Virus record (IMG/VR): IMGVR_UViG_3300036766_002289
Span: 1 to 64,000 of that record
DNA length: 64,000 bases
Reading direction: 5' to 3' (one strand)
Shown: piece after piece, positions 21,124-31,351 of the stretch
How the letters are laid out: each line of letters begins with the position of its first letter
Numbering within the stretch: position 1 is the first letter of the stretch
Notes under the pieces: generated by a model
Databases searched by the model: none
What the model was told of the DNA's origin: nothing
What the model saw: the letters and a program-made list of their open reading frames with translations, nothing else
Translations under genes and position numbers: made by a program

Positions 21124-21241
21124 GAGTGGGTAGCTAAAAGATTGCTTTGGCAACTTAGACAAGTAATTGTCTCCAACCCTGAAGCTTACAAGCACTAGTA
21201 TTTGAAACTAAAGAATGTTGGTTCAAGTCCAACCCCACTCG
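21124..21241 (+). ncRNA. tRNA-like RNA (UUG loop) with a permuted Y-RNA-like module in the D-loop
   Basis: acceptor GAGTGGG/CCCACTC; T arm GTTGG-TTCAAGT-CCAAC; insert CTTAGAC-aagtaatt-GTCTCCAA...CTTACAAGC. Confidence 0.75.
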
Positions 21242-21248
21242 CTTAGTA

Positions 21249-21316
21249 GCGTCCCCTAAAGGAAGAACTTACAAACAACAGGAATATGTTAAAAATAGTT
21301 CTTTAAACTTGGACGC
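21249..21316 (+). ncRNA. stand-alone Y-RNA-like RNA
   Basis: GCGTCC-CCTAA...CTTGGACGC end stem; AAGAACT/AGTTCTT helix; CTTACAAAC; T-run downstream. Confidence 0.75.
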
Positions 21317-21377
21317 AACTTTTTTTGAAAAGAACTTGACAAGGATAGGAAAAGTAGTAAGATAAGGAAGTAACGCT

Positions 21378-21501
21378 GGGGGATAAAGAAAGCTTTCGCA
21401 ACTTGGACAAGAAATTGTCCCCAACGGTTTGAGCTTACAAACTTTTAGGTAAAGAAAAGACTTTTAATCTTTTTAAATCGGTTCGACTCCGATATCCTCC
21501 A
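21378..21501 (+). ncRNA. tRNA-Lys(UUU)-like RNA with a permuted Y-like module between acceptor stem and D arm
   Basis: GGGGGAT/ATCCTCC-A; AC arm AAAGA-CTTTTAA-TCTTT; T arm ATCGG-TTCGACT-CCGAT; insert CTTGGAC..GTCCCCAA..CTTACAAAC. Confidence 0.75.
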
Positions 21502-21595
21502 CTAAGGCTTTCACTGAGCCTAGATTTTGTGTGACGGTCGCCTAGACCCAGAGCAAAACGATCAGTGATAAACGGGGTTTAAAAAGGCTGGATTA

Positions 21596-21702
21596 TGGTT
21601 GACGATAGCGGCAGATTTTACTATTTGCTGCTAAAACTTAGACAGGAAACTGTCTCCAAAAGTAGTAGCTTACAAACCGAATATAACTTTAAGATTTAAC
21701 CA
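21596..21702 (+). ncRNA. permuted Y-RNA-like RNA without a tRNA body
   Basis: TGGTTGA/TTAACCA closing stem; CTTAGAC-aggaaact-GTCTCCAA; GCTGCTA/TAGTAGC; CTTACAAAC. Confidence 0.65.
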
Positions 21703-21735
21703 AGAGACTAAATAAAATGAACAGTAGTTAAAAAT

Positions 21736-21806
21736 GGGGCTATAGTGAAGCGGGATCACGTTAGAATGGCATTCTGAAATCTGGGGTTCAAATCCCCATA
21801 GCTCCA
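21736..21806 (+). tRNA. tRNA-Ala(GGC)
   Basis: cloverleaf; G3:U70; anticodon GGC. Confidence 0.85.
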
Positions 21807-21872
21807 CTCGGGACTGTACGTTCTTTCCGCAGTTGGATATGTCGCTTGAACGGAACCAACCAGTCCTGAATT

Positions 21873-21944
21873 GTCTGGGTAGCCAAGCGGTAAGGCATCA
21901 GTCTGCAAAGCTGAATAGCGTAGGTTCAAATCCTACCCCAGACT
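21873..21944 (+). tRNA. tRNA-Cys(GCA)
   Basis: cloverleaf; TCAGT-CTGCAAA-GCTGA; U73. Confidence 0.9.
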
Positions 21945-22529
21945 TATTATTTCTGTTATGTGTTTTTTAATTTGTAGGAATGCTTCTTTAACGTAATGTT
22001 CTTTAGATACTAAGTCAGGGACAACAATTAGGTTTATATGGTTTTGATTTGCTAAGGCTAGTTTTTCTTTGTCTCTTTCTTGTATTCTGTTCAACTTGTT
22101 TTGGCCGTAAATTGGTTTGAAATGTACGATGCCGTTCCATTCTATTGCTAATTTTATAGATGGAATAGCAATGTCTACTTCATAACCAGGCAATAGAGTT
22201 TTATCATTAGGTATTATCTCCAATGATTGAAATTCTTCCTTTAAAAGGTCAAACAATATTTTTTCGCATCTTGAACGACGGGATTTACGTTTTTTAGTAT
22301 TATTGAAGGTTGTGGCGCAAGATTTACTACAAAAGGTGTTGGCTTTGATTTCGCTTGGGCGTCTGTAGAATTTTTCACCGCAAAGATGACAAGATACTTC
22401 TAGTTTTGTTTGGGTGTATGACGAAGAACATTTTCTTGAACAAAAAGGATTATTTCTTTTTTTGTAGTTTGATGTTCTTGAGAATTCTCTTTTGCAAAAG
22501 GTGCAGATAAGTTTGTGTGTTAATAGCAT
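21933..22529 (-). CDS. zinc-finger + PD-(D/E)xK (Vsr/DUF559-like) putative homing endonuclease
   Basis: CxxC / FCSxxC repeats, EVDI...LAIEWNG.VH; likely start at 22529 after ACTATAT. Confidence 0.75.
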   Translation of the reverse strand: MLLTHKLICTFCKREFSRTSNYKKRNNPFCSRKCSSSYTQTKLEVSCHLCGEKFYRRPSEIKANTFCSKSCATTFNNTKKRKSRRSRCEKILFDLLKEEFQSLEIIPNDKTLLPGYEVDIAIPSIKLAIEWNGIVHFKPIYGQNKLNRIQERDKEKLALANQNHINLIVVPDLVSKEHYVKEAFLQIKKHITEIISLG

Positions 22530-22582
22530 ATATATTATATAGTAGGATTGGAACGTTTCTGAACCTACTGCTGACTTTTGAC

Positions 22583-22610
22583 TTGACAATGCGGAAAGTT
22601 GTGGTATAGT
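22583..22610 (+). promoter_or_regulatory. sigma70-like promoter of the Ubl gene and second RNA cluster
   Basis: TTGACA-N16-TATAGT, then an AGGAGG SD. Confidence 0.65.
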
Positions 22611-22629
22611 AAAAAGGAGGGAAGGAAAA

Positions 22630-22863
22630 ATGGACAATCAAGTATTAGACGCGGTTCCTCAGATTCACATTCGCTACGACGGACGTAGCATTGATATTCC
22701 TTTGAGCGAAGTGGACATTGGTGTTTTGTCTACCGACGATCAGATTCGCAACGCAGTTGCGGAAAACATGGGCGTTCCAGTAGCTAAGCTCCGCGCTTTT
22801 GCTATTGATAAGAACGTAGAAACGAATCACATCACGCTTCGACCAGAAGCTGTGTTTGGTTGA
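22630..22863 (+). CDS. small ubiquitin-like (beta-grasp-like) protein ending in Gly
   Basis: 77 aa; beta-beta-alpha-beta-like pattern; C-terminus LRPEAVFG; strong SD; ThiF and JAB genes nearby. Confidence 0.6.
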   Translation: MDNQVLDAVPQIHIRYDGRSIDIPLSEVDIGVLSTDDQIRNAVAENMGVPVAKLRAFAIDKNVETNHITLRPEAVFG

Positions 22864-22879
22864 GATTTTTTAATCCCCA

Positions 22880-22944
22880 GGCATGGGGCTGACTTGGTGG
22901 GGAGTTCCGAAAGGAATTACCAAGTGATAGTTTGAAACCATGCC
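22880..22944 (+). ncRNA. unclassified structured RNA
   Basis: GGCATGG/CCATGCC, CTTGGT/ACCAAG, GTTCC-GAAA-GGAAT nested stems. Confidence 0.45.
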
Positions 22945-22948
22945 AATT

Positions 22949-23078
22949 GCAGGAGTAGCTGAAAAGTTAATAGTTTTTTGTACTTGGACGGTTTAAACCC
23001 GTCCCCGACTTAAAAAACTTACAAACAAGCGTCAGTAACCTAAACTGAAGAATGTAGGTGCGAATCCTACCTCCTGCT
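22949..23078 (+). ncRNA. tRNA-like RNA (CCU loop) with a permuted Y-like module in the D-loop
   Basis: GCAGGAG/CTCCTGC; TCAGT-AACCTAA-ACTGA; GTAGG-TGCGAAT-CCTAC; insert CTTGGAC..GTCCCCGA..CTTACAAAC. Confidence 0.75.
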
Positions 23079-23084
23079 CTTTAT

Positions 23085-23155
23085 TCCGTCTCCTAAATGG
23101 AAAACTTACAAACAATGCAATGAATAGTTTAAATAGTTTTCTGAACTTAGACGGA
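23085..23155 (+). ncRNA. stand-alone Y-RNA-like RNA
   Basis: TCCGTCT-CCTAA...CTTAGACGGA; GAAAACT/AGTTTTC; CTTACAAAC. Confidence 0.75.
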
Positions 23156-23178
23156 TTATTTTTATTTTAAGTGACTTG

Positions 23179-23305
23179 TTTTGTCTCCAATGATGGGAAC
23201 TTACAAACAATTTGCTCAATGGTAGAGCATCAACTTTAGACGTTGAAGAGTGTTGGTTCAATTCCAACATTGTTTTCCAAAACAGTTTTCATGACTTAGA
23301 CAAAA
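23179..23305 (+). ncRNA. YrlA-like Y RNA: Ro-binding stem enclosing a tRNA-like domain
   Basis: TTTTGTCTCCAA...CTTAGACAAAA outer stem; inner AAACAAT/ATTGTTT acceptor, GCTC/GAGC D arm, TCAAC-TTTAGAC-GTTGA, GTTGG-TTCAATT-CCAAC, then TCCA. Confidence 0.8.
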
Positions 23306-23310
23306 TGAGA

Positions 23311-23403
23311 TGGCTGCTAGCTTAACGGTATGAAGCGCTTGTGAATTCGGGCTTTAAATCCTGATGAAACTTGAGAAGTAGGGTTCAACTCCTTACGTGG
23401 CCA
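23311..23403 (+). ncRNA. tRNA-like RNA with expanded anticodon arm
   Basis: TGGCTGC/GTGGCCA, GCTT/AAGC D arm, TTCAACT T loop; about 38-nt anticodon region with internal TCGGG/CCTGA hairpin. Confidence 0.6.
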
Positions 23404-23404
23404 C

Positions 23405-23481
23405 TTTCTGTCCCCCAAAGGTAAAGCTTACAAACATTACCCAAATTCAGTGTTAAACAGCTTTATAAACTTGGACAGAAA
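23405..23481 (+). ncRNA. stand-alone Y-RNA-like RNA
   Basis: TTTCTGTCC-CCCAA...CTTGGACAGAAA; TAAAGCT/AGCTTTA; CTTACAAAC; T-run. Confidence 0.75.
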
Positions 23482-23778
23482 TTTTTTTACTTCAAGATAT
23501 AAGGACAGCGCGGTAAGAAGACAGGTGATTGTGGTCTTCCTTCTGACTAGCGGGAAAAAGCGCATTTACCGAGCAAAAGTTCTCTTTCATCGGAATGACT
23601 CGGCATTAGCCAACTTTATGATAGGGCAAGCTAGTTAATATCTTGGGGTGTAAAAATGTCTGAAGCAGAGATTTTAGTGCAAAAGATTAAAGCCGCCATA
23701 CAGGCCCATAAAGACAAAGAATCAAATAAAATCAATAATTTAGTAAAGCAAATTAATAAAGTCATCCATAAATAATGC

Positions 23779-24411
23779 ATGATTAAATTTGCAGAATTCG
23801 TAAACAGAAAGCAATTTTCTGTTACAGTTGATGAATCAAGTAGATTATTAACTAAGATTAATATCAAATCTGAAGATTATTTAAATTACTTATTTGAACA
23901 TGAAGAACTTTGGGATAAAGACCCTGTAAAGGTTCTGAATGAGATTAATCCGTTTTCAGCAGGTTGGTCTGCCTTAAAAGGGGGTTTAGGAGCTATGGGC
24001 GGCAATAGAAATGCTGCTTATTATCAAAAGCTTTTAGACCAAGCTAAAACTTTGCCACCAGAGAAATTGCAACAGGCTGGTTTAACTCCAGAAGATTTAA
24101 ATGCATTAGACCAAATGCGAGCGGATTCTGCAAAACAAGGTGCCGCTGGATTCTTTGGTGGTATGAAACAAGGTTGGGAAAACAGTCGTCAGCAGCAAGT
24201 TTTAAACAAATTAAGCCAAGCATTAGGTAAAGGTGCTTATTCTCAACAAACCCAACAACAGCAGCAACAGGGTCAAAACCAACAAAGTCAGGGTCAACAA
24301 CAGCAAAGTGGTCAGCAAATGTCACAGGTTAACCCACAGGCTTTAAGACAGGTGCAAGGACATTTACAGGCTTTGAACCAAGCTATTTCTGGAATGCTTC
24401 AAGGTGGGTAA
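23779..24411 (+). CDS. Gln/Gly-rich hypothetical protein (MIKFAEF N-terminus)
   Basis: TAAATA 4 nt upstream; poly-Q C-terminus; terminator at 24432-24456. Confidence 0.65.
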   Translation: MIKFAEFVNRKQFSVTVDESSRLLTKINIKSEDYLNYLFEHEELWDKDPVKVLNEINPFSAGWSALKGGLGAMGGNRNAAYYQKLLDQAKTLPPEKLQQAGLTPEDLNALDQMRADSAKQGAAGFFGGMKQGWENSRQQQVLNKLSQALGKGAYSQQTQQQQQQGQNQQSQGQQQQSGQQMSQVNPQALRQVQGHLQALNQAISGMLQGG

Positions 24412-24501
24412 AATTTTCATCACAATAAATTAAATCCGTTGAAAAACGGATTTTTTCGTTTACATACTCAGAAATTGTAGTATCATACAGAAGTTCAATA
24501 A

Positions 24502-26043
<1,542 letters not shown>

Positions 26044-26063
26044 AGAAAGCTTTGGAGGTCCAC

Positions 26064-26100
26064 AGACAATATCCACCTTTTACAGTGGATATTGTCTTTT
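26064..26100 (+). terminator. intrinsic terminator
   Basis: AGACAATATCCAC/GTGGATATTGTCT stem plus T-run. Confidence 0.8.
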
Positions 26101-26124
26101 ATTTTGTCTTGAACTTTCTATTAT

Positions 26125-26484
26125 ATGAATATGAAAGCCGATGAAAAATTTTTCTACATGGGGGTCCAACATGGTATAAGTGACCAATGTAATAAGTATT
26201 CCAATATGGTTACTAACATCATGGCTATCAAGAACCATCCATGTACCCGAGTATATCCAGCTAAGTATTTGGAAGGGTATACCAAAGGTTATGAAGATAC
26301 TAAGGGTAAATCTTGGTACATAGTTACCGTTGCCAATACTAAGATTAAGTCTTACTACGCTGATGGGCAATGGTTAGATACTAAAGATAATGCTACTAAG
26401 TTCCCTACTAGGGCCGCGTTAGAATTGGTAATGAAGAAAATTCCAAGCCAGCGTGGTGGTAAGTGTGGCATGACATTAGAATAG
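26125..26484 (+). CDS. hypothetical protein, paralog of 13230..13580
   Basis: shared motifs YLEGYTKGYE, KSWY, ATKFPTR. Confidence 0.65.
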   Translation: MNMKADEKFFYMGVQHGISDQCNKYSNMVTNIMAIKNHPCTRVYPAKYLEGYTKGYEDTKGKSWYIVTVANTKIKSYYADGQWLDTKDNATKFPTRAALELVMKKIPSQRGGKCGMTLE

Positions 26485-26510
26485 GAGATACACCAAATGT
26501 CACTATAAAT

Positions 26511-26999
26511 TTGGATGAAGCCAAACTAAAAATGGACAAAACAATTCAATTATTAGAAGAACAATTGAAGGGCATCAGAAGGTCATCTATTAGTGCTGGT
26601 TTCATTGAAACTGTTAAAGTCCCTTATTATGGGCAAATGACGCCTATACGTTTTATAGGTATTGTCGGTAAATGTCAAAATGGTATAACCATAACTCCAC
26701 ATGACTCAAGTTTGGTAAATGGTATTGCTAAGTTTCTTCAGGATGAAAACTTACTTAATGCTTATGCATTCTCAAAAACAACGGTTGTTATTAGTATTCC
26801 ACCTGCAAACACAGGTGAAATTGAGAGAGTTAAAAATCATATTAAGAAGTTGGGCGAAGACTCCAAGATTTCAATAAGGAATTTGAGGAAAAGTATAAGG
26901 AAATCCTTATCTAAGGAAGAATTGAAGGAAGCAGAAAAAGATTTACAAATCCTAACAGATGAGGCTTGTAACAAAATAGAGGAAATGACTCATGACTAA
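26511..26999 (+). CDS. frr: ribosome recycling factor
   Basis: L..IR..S.S...IETVKVPYYG, ITPHD, IPP, K.GE..KISIRN.R, EKDLQILTD; start uncertain. Confidence 0.85.
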   Translation: MDEAKLKMDKTIQLLEEQLKGIRRSSISAGFIETVKVPYYGQMTPIRFIGIVGKCQNGITITPHDSSLVNGIAKFLQDENLLNAYAFSKTTVVISIPPANTGEIERVKNHIKKLGEDSKISIRNLRKSIRKSLSKEELKEAEKDLQILTDEACNKIEEMTHD

Positions 27000-27742
27000 A
27001 CAAGAAATATTGGCTTTGGGAAAAATAGAAAACGATCAACAGTTGGACGAAGCTGTTGATTTGTTAGATGAATATATTATGGATAAGTTTGATACTTTAA
27101 ATGCGACTGAGCTTAAGGAATTAGAAATTCTTTCTGATCTTATTTATGAGTATGAAGAACATACTGATATTTTGAACCGTCCTTACGAGATTGGCGATGG
27201 TGGAATATGCTCGTAAATTATGATGAAGTGATGAGACAGATAAAGGTTAGGGCAGCTTTGAATAGATTGTCGTTTGAAGAAATTGAATGGGTTAGAGATG
27301 ATGGAACTAAAATTGAGTTTGATAAAAGACTCGCAGAGGAATGGAAGTTTTTTGGGCTTAGTAATGTCAATTTTCCAGAATTGGTTCTTTCAAGGGTTGT
27401 GGCTGGAGAACAGAAAGAACTCTTAGAAGAATTAGTATGGAAGATTGATAGTTGACAATTGTGCGGCATTTCTGCGATAATATAGGAAGAAAGCTTAGTT
27501 GTACTGACATACATAGGTAAACGGAGAAAAAAAATGAATCTTGTCAAAAACTCAATGTATAAAGTTAAACATACTCACACAGATCACCCAGGTAGAATTG
27601 GTAGATTTGAATTTCTAGGTGGTCCAAGAGCGGAATTTATTCTTTTGTCTGATTACACCGACCCATTGCGTTTATTTGCAGTTGGTCTATATGACATAGT
27701 TGACTTTGATCCTAAAGTTGATAATGTTGTGGAGTAATACAA

Positions 27743-28279
27743 ATGCCACGTCTAAAGTGGGTAACTGTCAATGAGTATGGAACTCCTTGGCTTAAGGCAT
27801 CCAATGTCGTAAATTTGGACATAATGGATTTATGCGAGGGTAGGTTTTGGGGCGGGCATCAAATTTACATTGCCATTAATTTCTCTATTCATAAAAGAAA
27901 TTTCGAAAAAGGACCAGATGATTGGTCACATCAATTATTAGCCCCAAATGGTGTCCACATCTATCTTCACAGTGTAGAAGAAGGCAAGGAACTTGCAGAA
28001 ATTATCTATGCTAGAATCTTAGTCTCATTAGTACCCAAGGAAACGCCTTTAATTAAGTCTTTATTAATGAATAAAGCCAAGCATAAAAAAGCCAAGTTGG
28101 AGGCATTACTTAATAAGTGGGATGTAAGTGGGGAGGTTTATTATTCAAATAAGTATCCAAAAGGGTGGATGCATGTTTGGAAGCCAGGTCACTCACCACA
28201 AAGATTAGGTTTTGATTATGCTCAAGCTGTAGATTTGATTGAAAGTGGAGTAATGCATTTAATGGCTTACAATAGGTGA
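27743..28279 (+). CDS. hypothetical protein
   Basis: 178-aa ORF with SD. Confidence 0.55.
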   Translation: MPRLKWVTVNEYGTPWLKASNVVNLDIMDLCEGRFWGGHQIYIAINFSIHKRNFEKGPDDWSHQLLAPNGVHIYLHSVEEGKELAEIIYARILVSLVPKETPLIKSLLMNKAKHKKAKLEALLNKWDVSGEVYYSNKYPKGWMHVWKPGHSPQRLGFDYAQAVDLIESGVMHLMAYNR

Positions 28280-28603
28280 CACAGTGACAGAAAATAAAGC
28301 GTTTTTGATGCGAAAGCAAATTAGACTTTTAGTGTTGAAATATTTATTAACCCTAAACTATAAGGGTAAAGGACTGGTCGTAATAGACGGTGAAAAATTA
28401 ATGGATGAGTGTAAGATTACACCACACCAAATGCGGAGAAGTTTGGGTGATTTGTGCAAAGGATTGTCATTGTATATACAGATTCATCCTGATTCATTTG
28501 TTGCGAAATGGAAGATTTCAGAACCTAGTTTGAAACAAGTTGCAGCGGCTTTAGACATTGCAATGACCGATGGTAATTGTACTAGTTGGAATCCAGAGGA
28601 AGT

Positions 28604-29533
28604 ATGAACCTATTCGATAAACTTGCGGCAGAAGAAACAGCTTTCTTCAATTCTCAATTATTTTCCCCTGTTCTCAAGGGAAAGCCAATTAGAGTACGTA
28701 TTGCTGGAATCATCGTAACCCTTAGTGTTACTAAGCCTAAGAATTTCGAAGGTTGGGGTGTTTTTGCACCTATATCCGCTAAAACCGCTCGTTTCGTTCG
28801 TGAACCAAATATGACCGAAAAGCAAAGTTATTTTAACTTATTCCCAGCATTAAGACTTATTTTGTGTCGTCATAGTAATGACCAATGGTTCGGTATCCCC
28901 GCCAATCAGTCTGATACTAGATTCAAAATTACTGGAACCGTACCAATCCAACTTTGTACTGAAGTACAAATGTTTGATATGGTTAAGGTTCGTTTTGATG
29001 GGACTAATATCTGGTTTGAACAAATTGATCCCCGACATAGCCTAAAGCATTCTGCATATATGCGTGAATCGGTTATTAAATTCCTAGAAGCTCCAAAGCT
29101 TGAACTTTCAGGTTTAACTATCGAAGAACGCGATGCATATTTAATTGCATTGAATGACGCTTTGGCTGCGGACGCAGAAGCAAAGCGTGACAAGCAAGAA
29201 GAACGTATCCAAAAGGCGTTGGCATTAACTGGTGCCACATATCAAAGCTATATTGAACGTGGTGACACATTTACCATTGAATTTATGGTCGGACGTGAAC
29301 GCCATCGTTCAGTAGTCAAAAAGGAAAATCTTGCCGTTGAATCTGCTGGTATTTGTCTTGCTGGTACAGATCGTAACTTTGATCTTCAAAGCTTGGTTGG
29401 GGTTATTAGAGAAGGTCAACGTAATCGTAGAATTGTTCGCGTTGGGGAAAATCGTCAATTTGGTAATCCTAATGACTATGGTTATGAACAAGAAGACTAT
29501 GATCGTCAACTTGGAGATGATGACTATGACTAA
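28604..29533 (+). CDS. conserved-looking hypothetical protein; candidate E2-like conjugating enzyme
   Basis: C-terminal domain with AGICL (compare the E2 active-site GxICL) followed by FDLQSLVGVIRE helix; near JAB, ThiF and Ubl genes. Confidence 0.45.
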   Translation: MNLFDKLAAEETAFFNSQLFSPVLKGKPIRVRIAGIIVTLSVTKPKNFEGWGVFAPISAKTARFVREPNMTEKQSYFNLFPALRLILCRHSNDQWFGIPANQSDTRFKITGTVPIQLCTEVQMFDMVKVRFDGTNIWFEQIDPRHSLKHSAYMRESVIKFLEAPKLELSGLTIEERDAYLIALNDALAADAEAKRDKQEERIQKALALTGATYQSYIERGDTFTIEFMVGRERHRSVVKKENLAVESAGICLAGTDRNFDLQSLVGVIREGQRNRRIVRVGENRQFGNPNDYGYEQEDYDRQLGDDDYD

Positions 29534-30299
29534 GAAACTAGTACTAGGTTGTTTTTGCATGGCTATTTTGGCTAGCTGTTTGTTTATTGTCTTTGCACCA
29601 ATTAATGCAAATAAACTACAGCAGACAGAGCATAAACATAAGCCAGGTCAATTTGGCGGTTTTATCATGGAATTAGGTAAAGATAACTACCACTTGGAAG
29701 TTTCTTTAGGCAAAGATGGCGTAATTACGATTTATACGCTTGGCAAAGATGAAACTAGAGTTATTTCTGTAGAGAAACAAGTTATAACCGCCTATTTGAA
29801 GGATGATAAATTTGATTTAATGCCTAGTCCCCAAGCTGGCGATGAAGACAAAACTTCCAGGTTTATTGGTAAATTGCCAGCCAAGTATTTGAGCGAAGGT
29901 GAGATTAGTATTATTTTTAATATCGTTATAGAAGGGCAACGGTTTAGGGCTAGGATTTTAATTACTCAATTACCTCAAACCGACTTGTCGAGTGCTGAAG
30001 AGAAGAAACTTTATTTAACGCCAGGTGGCCTTTACACTGAACAGGATATCATTGCAAATGGGAAGACTTCCGCTTCTAATAAGTTTAAGGATTTTGTTCC
30101 ATCCCATGATCTAAAGCCTAAGAAAGGCGACCGAATTTGTCCTATCACTCTTACTAAAGCCAATCCAAAATGTACTTGGATTATCAACGGTAAAGAATAT
30201 TGGTTCTGTTGTCCACCTTGCATCGAGGAATTTCTTATTTTGGCTAAGGAAAAACCTGAACAAGTCAAATTACCTGAAGAATATATTAAAGGAGAATAA
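29526..30299 (+). CDS. secreted protein with His-rich motif and C-terminal YHS-like CP..FCCxxC domain
   Basis: signal peptide, EHKHKPGQFGG, CPITLTKANPKC..YWFCCPPC. Confidence 0.65.
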   Translation: MTKKLVLGCFCMAILASCLFIVFAPINANKLQQTEHKHKPGQFGGFIMELGKDNYHLEVSLGKDGVITIYTLGKDETRVISVEKQVITAYLKDDKFDLMPSPQAGDEDKTSRFIGKLPAKYLSEGEISIIFNIVIEGQRFRARILITQLPQTDLSSAEEKKLYLTPGGLYTEQDIIANGKTSASNKFKDFVPSHDLKPKKGDRICPITLTKANPKCTWIINGKEYWFCCPPCIEEFLILAKEKPEQVKLPEEYIKGE

Positions 30300-30300
30300 C

Positions 30301-30753
30301 ATGAAAAGAGAGCATTGTTGGGTATTGTTGGGTAGTGTTAGGGAGAATTTATGGTTTGGGCGGCGAGCTAAAATGACTCGTGGTGCCCCTTGTAGTGTTG
30401 ATTTTAATGCAGATTATGTTATCAATCGTGAAGAGACTAAGGGCGATGTAATCGGCTGGTTACATACGCACCCAGGTATGATTGCCAGTCCAAGTAACCG
30501 TGACCATCGCACAATGAAGGCATGGGTTCTTGCATTAGGCCACCCCTTGGTTTGTGCGATTGCTGGCGTAGATGGATTGCGTGCTTATTGGTATATGGAT
30601 GATGAGTCTGAACCGATTGAATCTGCGGTATGCGTTAAGCTAGCTAATTTCATTGTTGGTGTTACTAATCCTGTTTGTTGTGATAATTTTGACCAGTTGA
30701 TAAATAAGTGTGTATCTTGGGACGAAGCAGAAGAAAAATTAGGACTTAAGTAA
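30301..30753 (+). CDS. JAB/MPN+ (Mov34) metalloprotease
   Basis: VIGWLHTHP....PSNRD JAMM motif HxH-x7-S-x2-D. Confidence 0.85.
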   Translation: MKREHCWVLLGSVRENLWFGRRAKMTRGAPCSVDFNADYVINREETKGDVIGWLHTHPGMIASPSNRDHRTMKAWVLALGHPLVCAIAGVDGLRAYWYMDDESEPIESAVCVKLANFIVGVTNPVCCDNFDQLINKCVSWDEAEEKLGLK

Positions 30754-30830
30754 TTGGTTAGTTCACTCCCGTTGGCAACGCTGCCTTTGAGCAGGTGATA
30801 GGAGTGGATTAGCCTTTTTAGGAGCATATC

Positions 30831-31331
30831 ATGAGTCGTTATTTTGTTTCGATTTCTGTTGAAGAATTAAAGTCAAAAGTCGATGCTTATTTGGACGATG
30901 ATTCTAATATAAGGCATTTAACGCCTATTATTAGTAAGGATTTAGATAAAGTTAAATTCGATACAGAGAATATGGAGTCGGAGTCTGATTATGGTTATGG
31001 TCACGCCGAGGATTTAGTTGGCTATCATGTCCTTGAAAATGGTATGCCTATTTTGGGAGTTACAGCAGGCGGCGATTGGGAATGGCCAATATTTTTCTGT
31101 ATTTATTTTGATGGCAAAAAGCTTCGTGGTTATATTCCAGAAAAAGGTAATACTTGGAATACTGACACAAAAAAAGCCTATGGAAATGATGATGGTGCTG
31201 ACTTAAAAAATGCCAAGAAACGTTGGCCAATCCAGTATCCAAAAGATACTACTGATACTGAAGTCGAGCCATATGGTGATCTTGATTTAATGATTGAGGA
31301 TATTACAAATCGTATTATCAAAAAAGTCTAA
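30831..31331 (+). CDS. hypothetical protein
   Basis: ORF with SD; GGDWEWPIFF..Y.DGKKLRGYIP motif. Confidence 0.6.
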   Translation: MSRYFVSISVEELKSKVDAYLDDDSNIRHLTPIISKDLDKVKFDTENMESESDYGYGHAEDLVGYHVLENGMPILGVTAGGDWEWPIFFCIYFDGKKLRGYIPEKGNTWNTDTKKAYGNDDGADLKNAKKRWPIQYPKDTTDTEVEPYGDLDLMIEDITNRIIKKV

Positions 31332-31351
31332 AATGAGTCATACATAATTGT

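Noticed and set aside
20914-21195. Minus-strand 93-aa ORF, and 23450..23638
   Set aside because: Overlap promoters and Y-like RNAs; no recognisable protein features
23346-23364. Ochre suppressor tRNA (CTTTAAA loop)
   Set aside because: The hairpin sits on an over-long arm with an 8-nt loop, not a canonical anticodon position
21124-23481. Repeated motifs as a CRISPR array
   Set aside because: Repeats are short and bipartite, vary in order and spacing, show base-pair covariation and are embedded in tRNA folds; no cas genes are present
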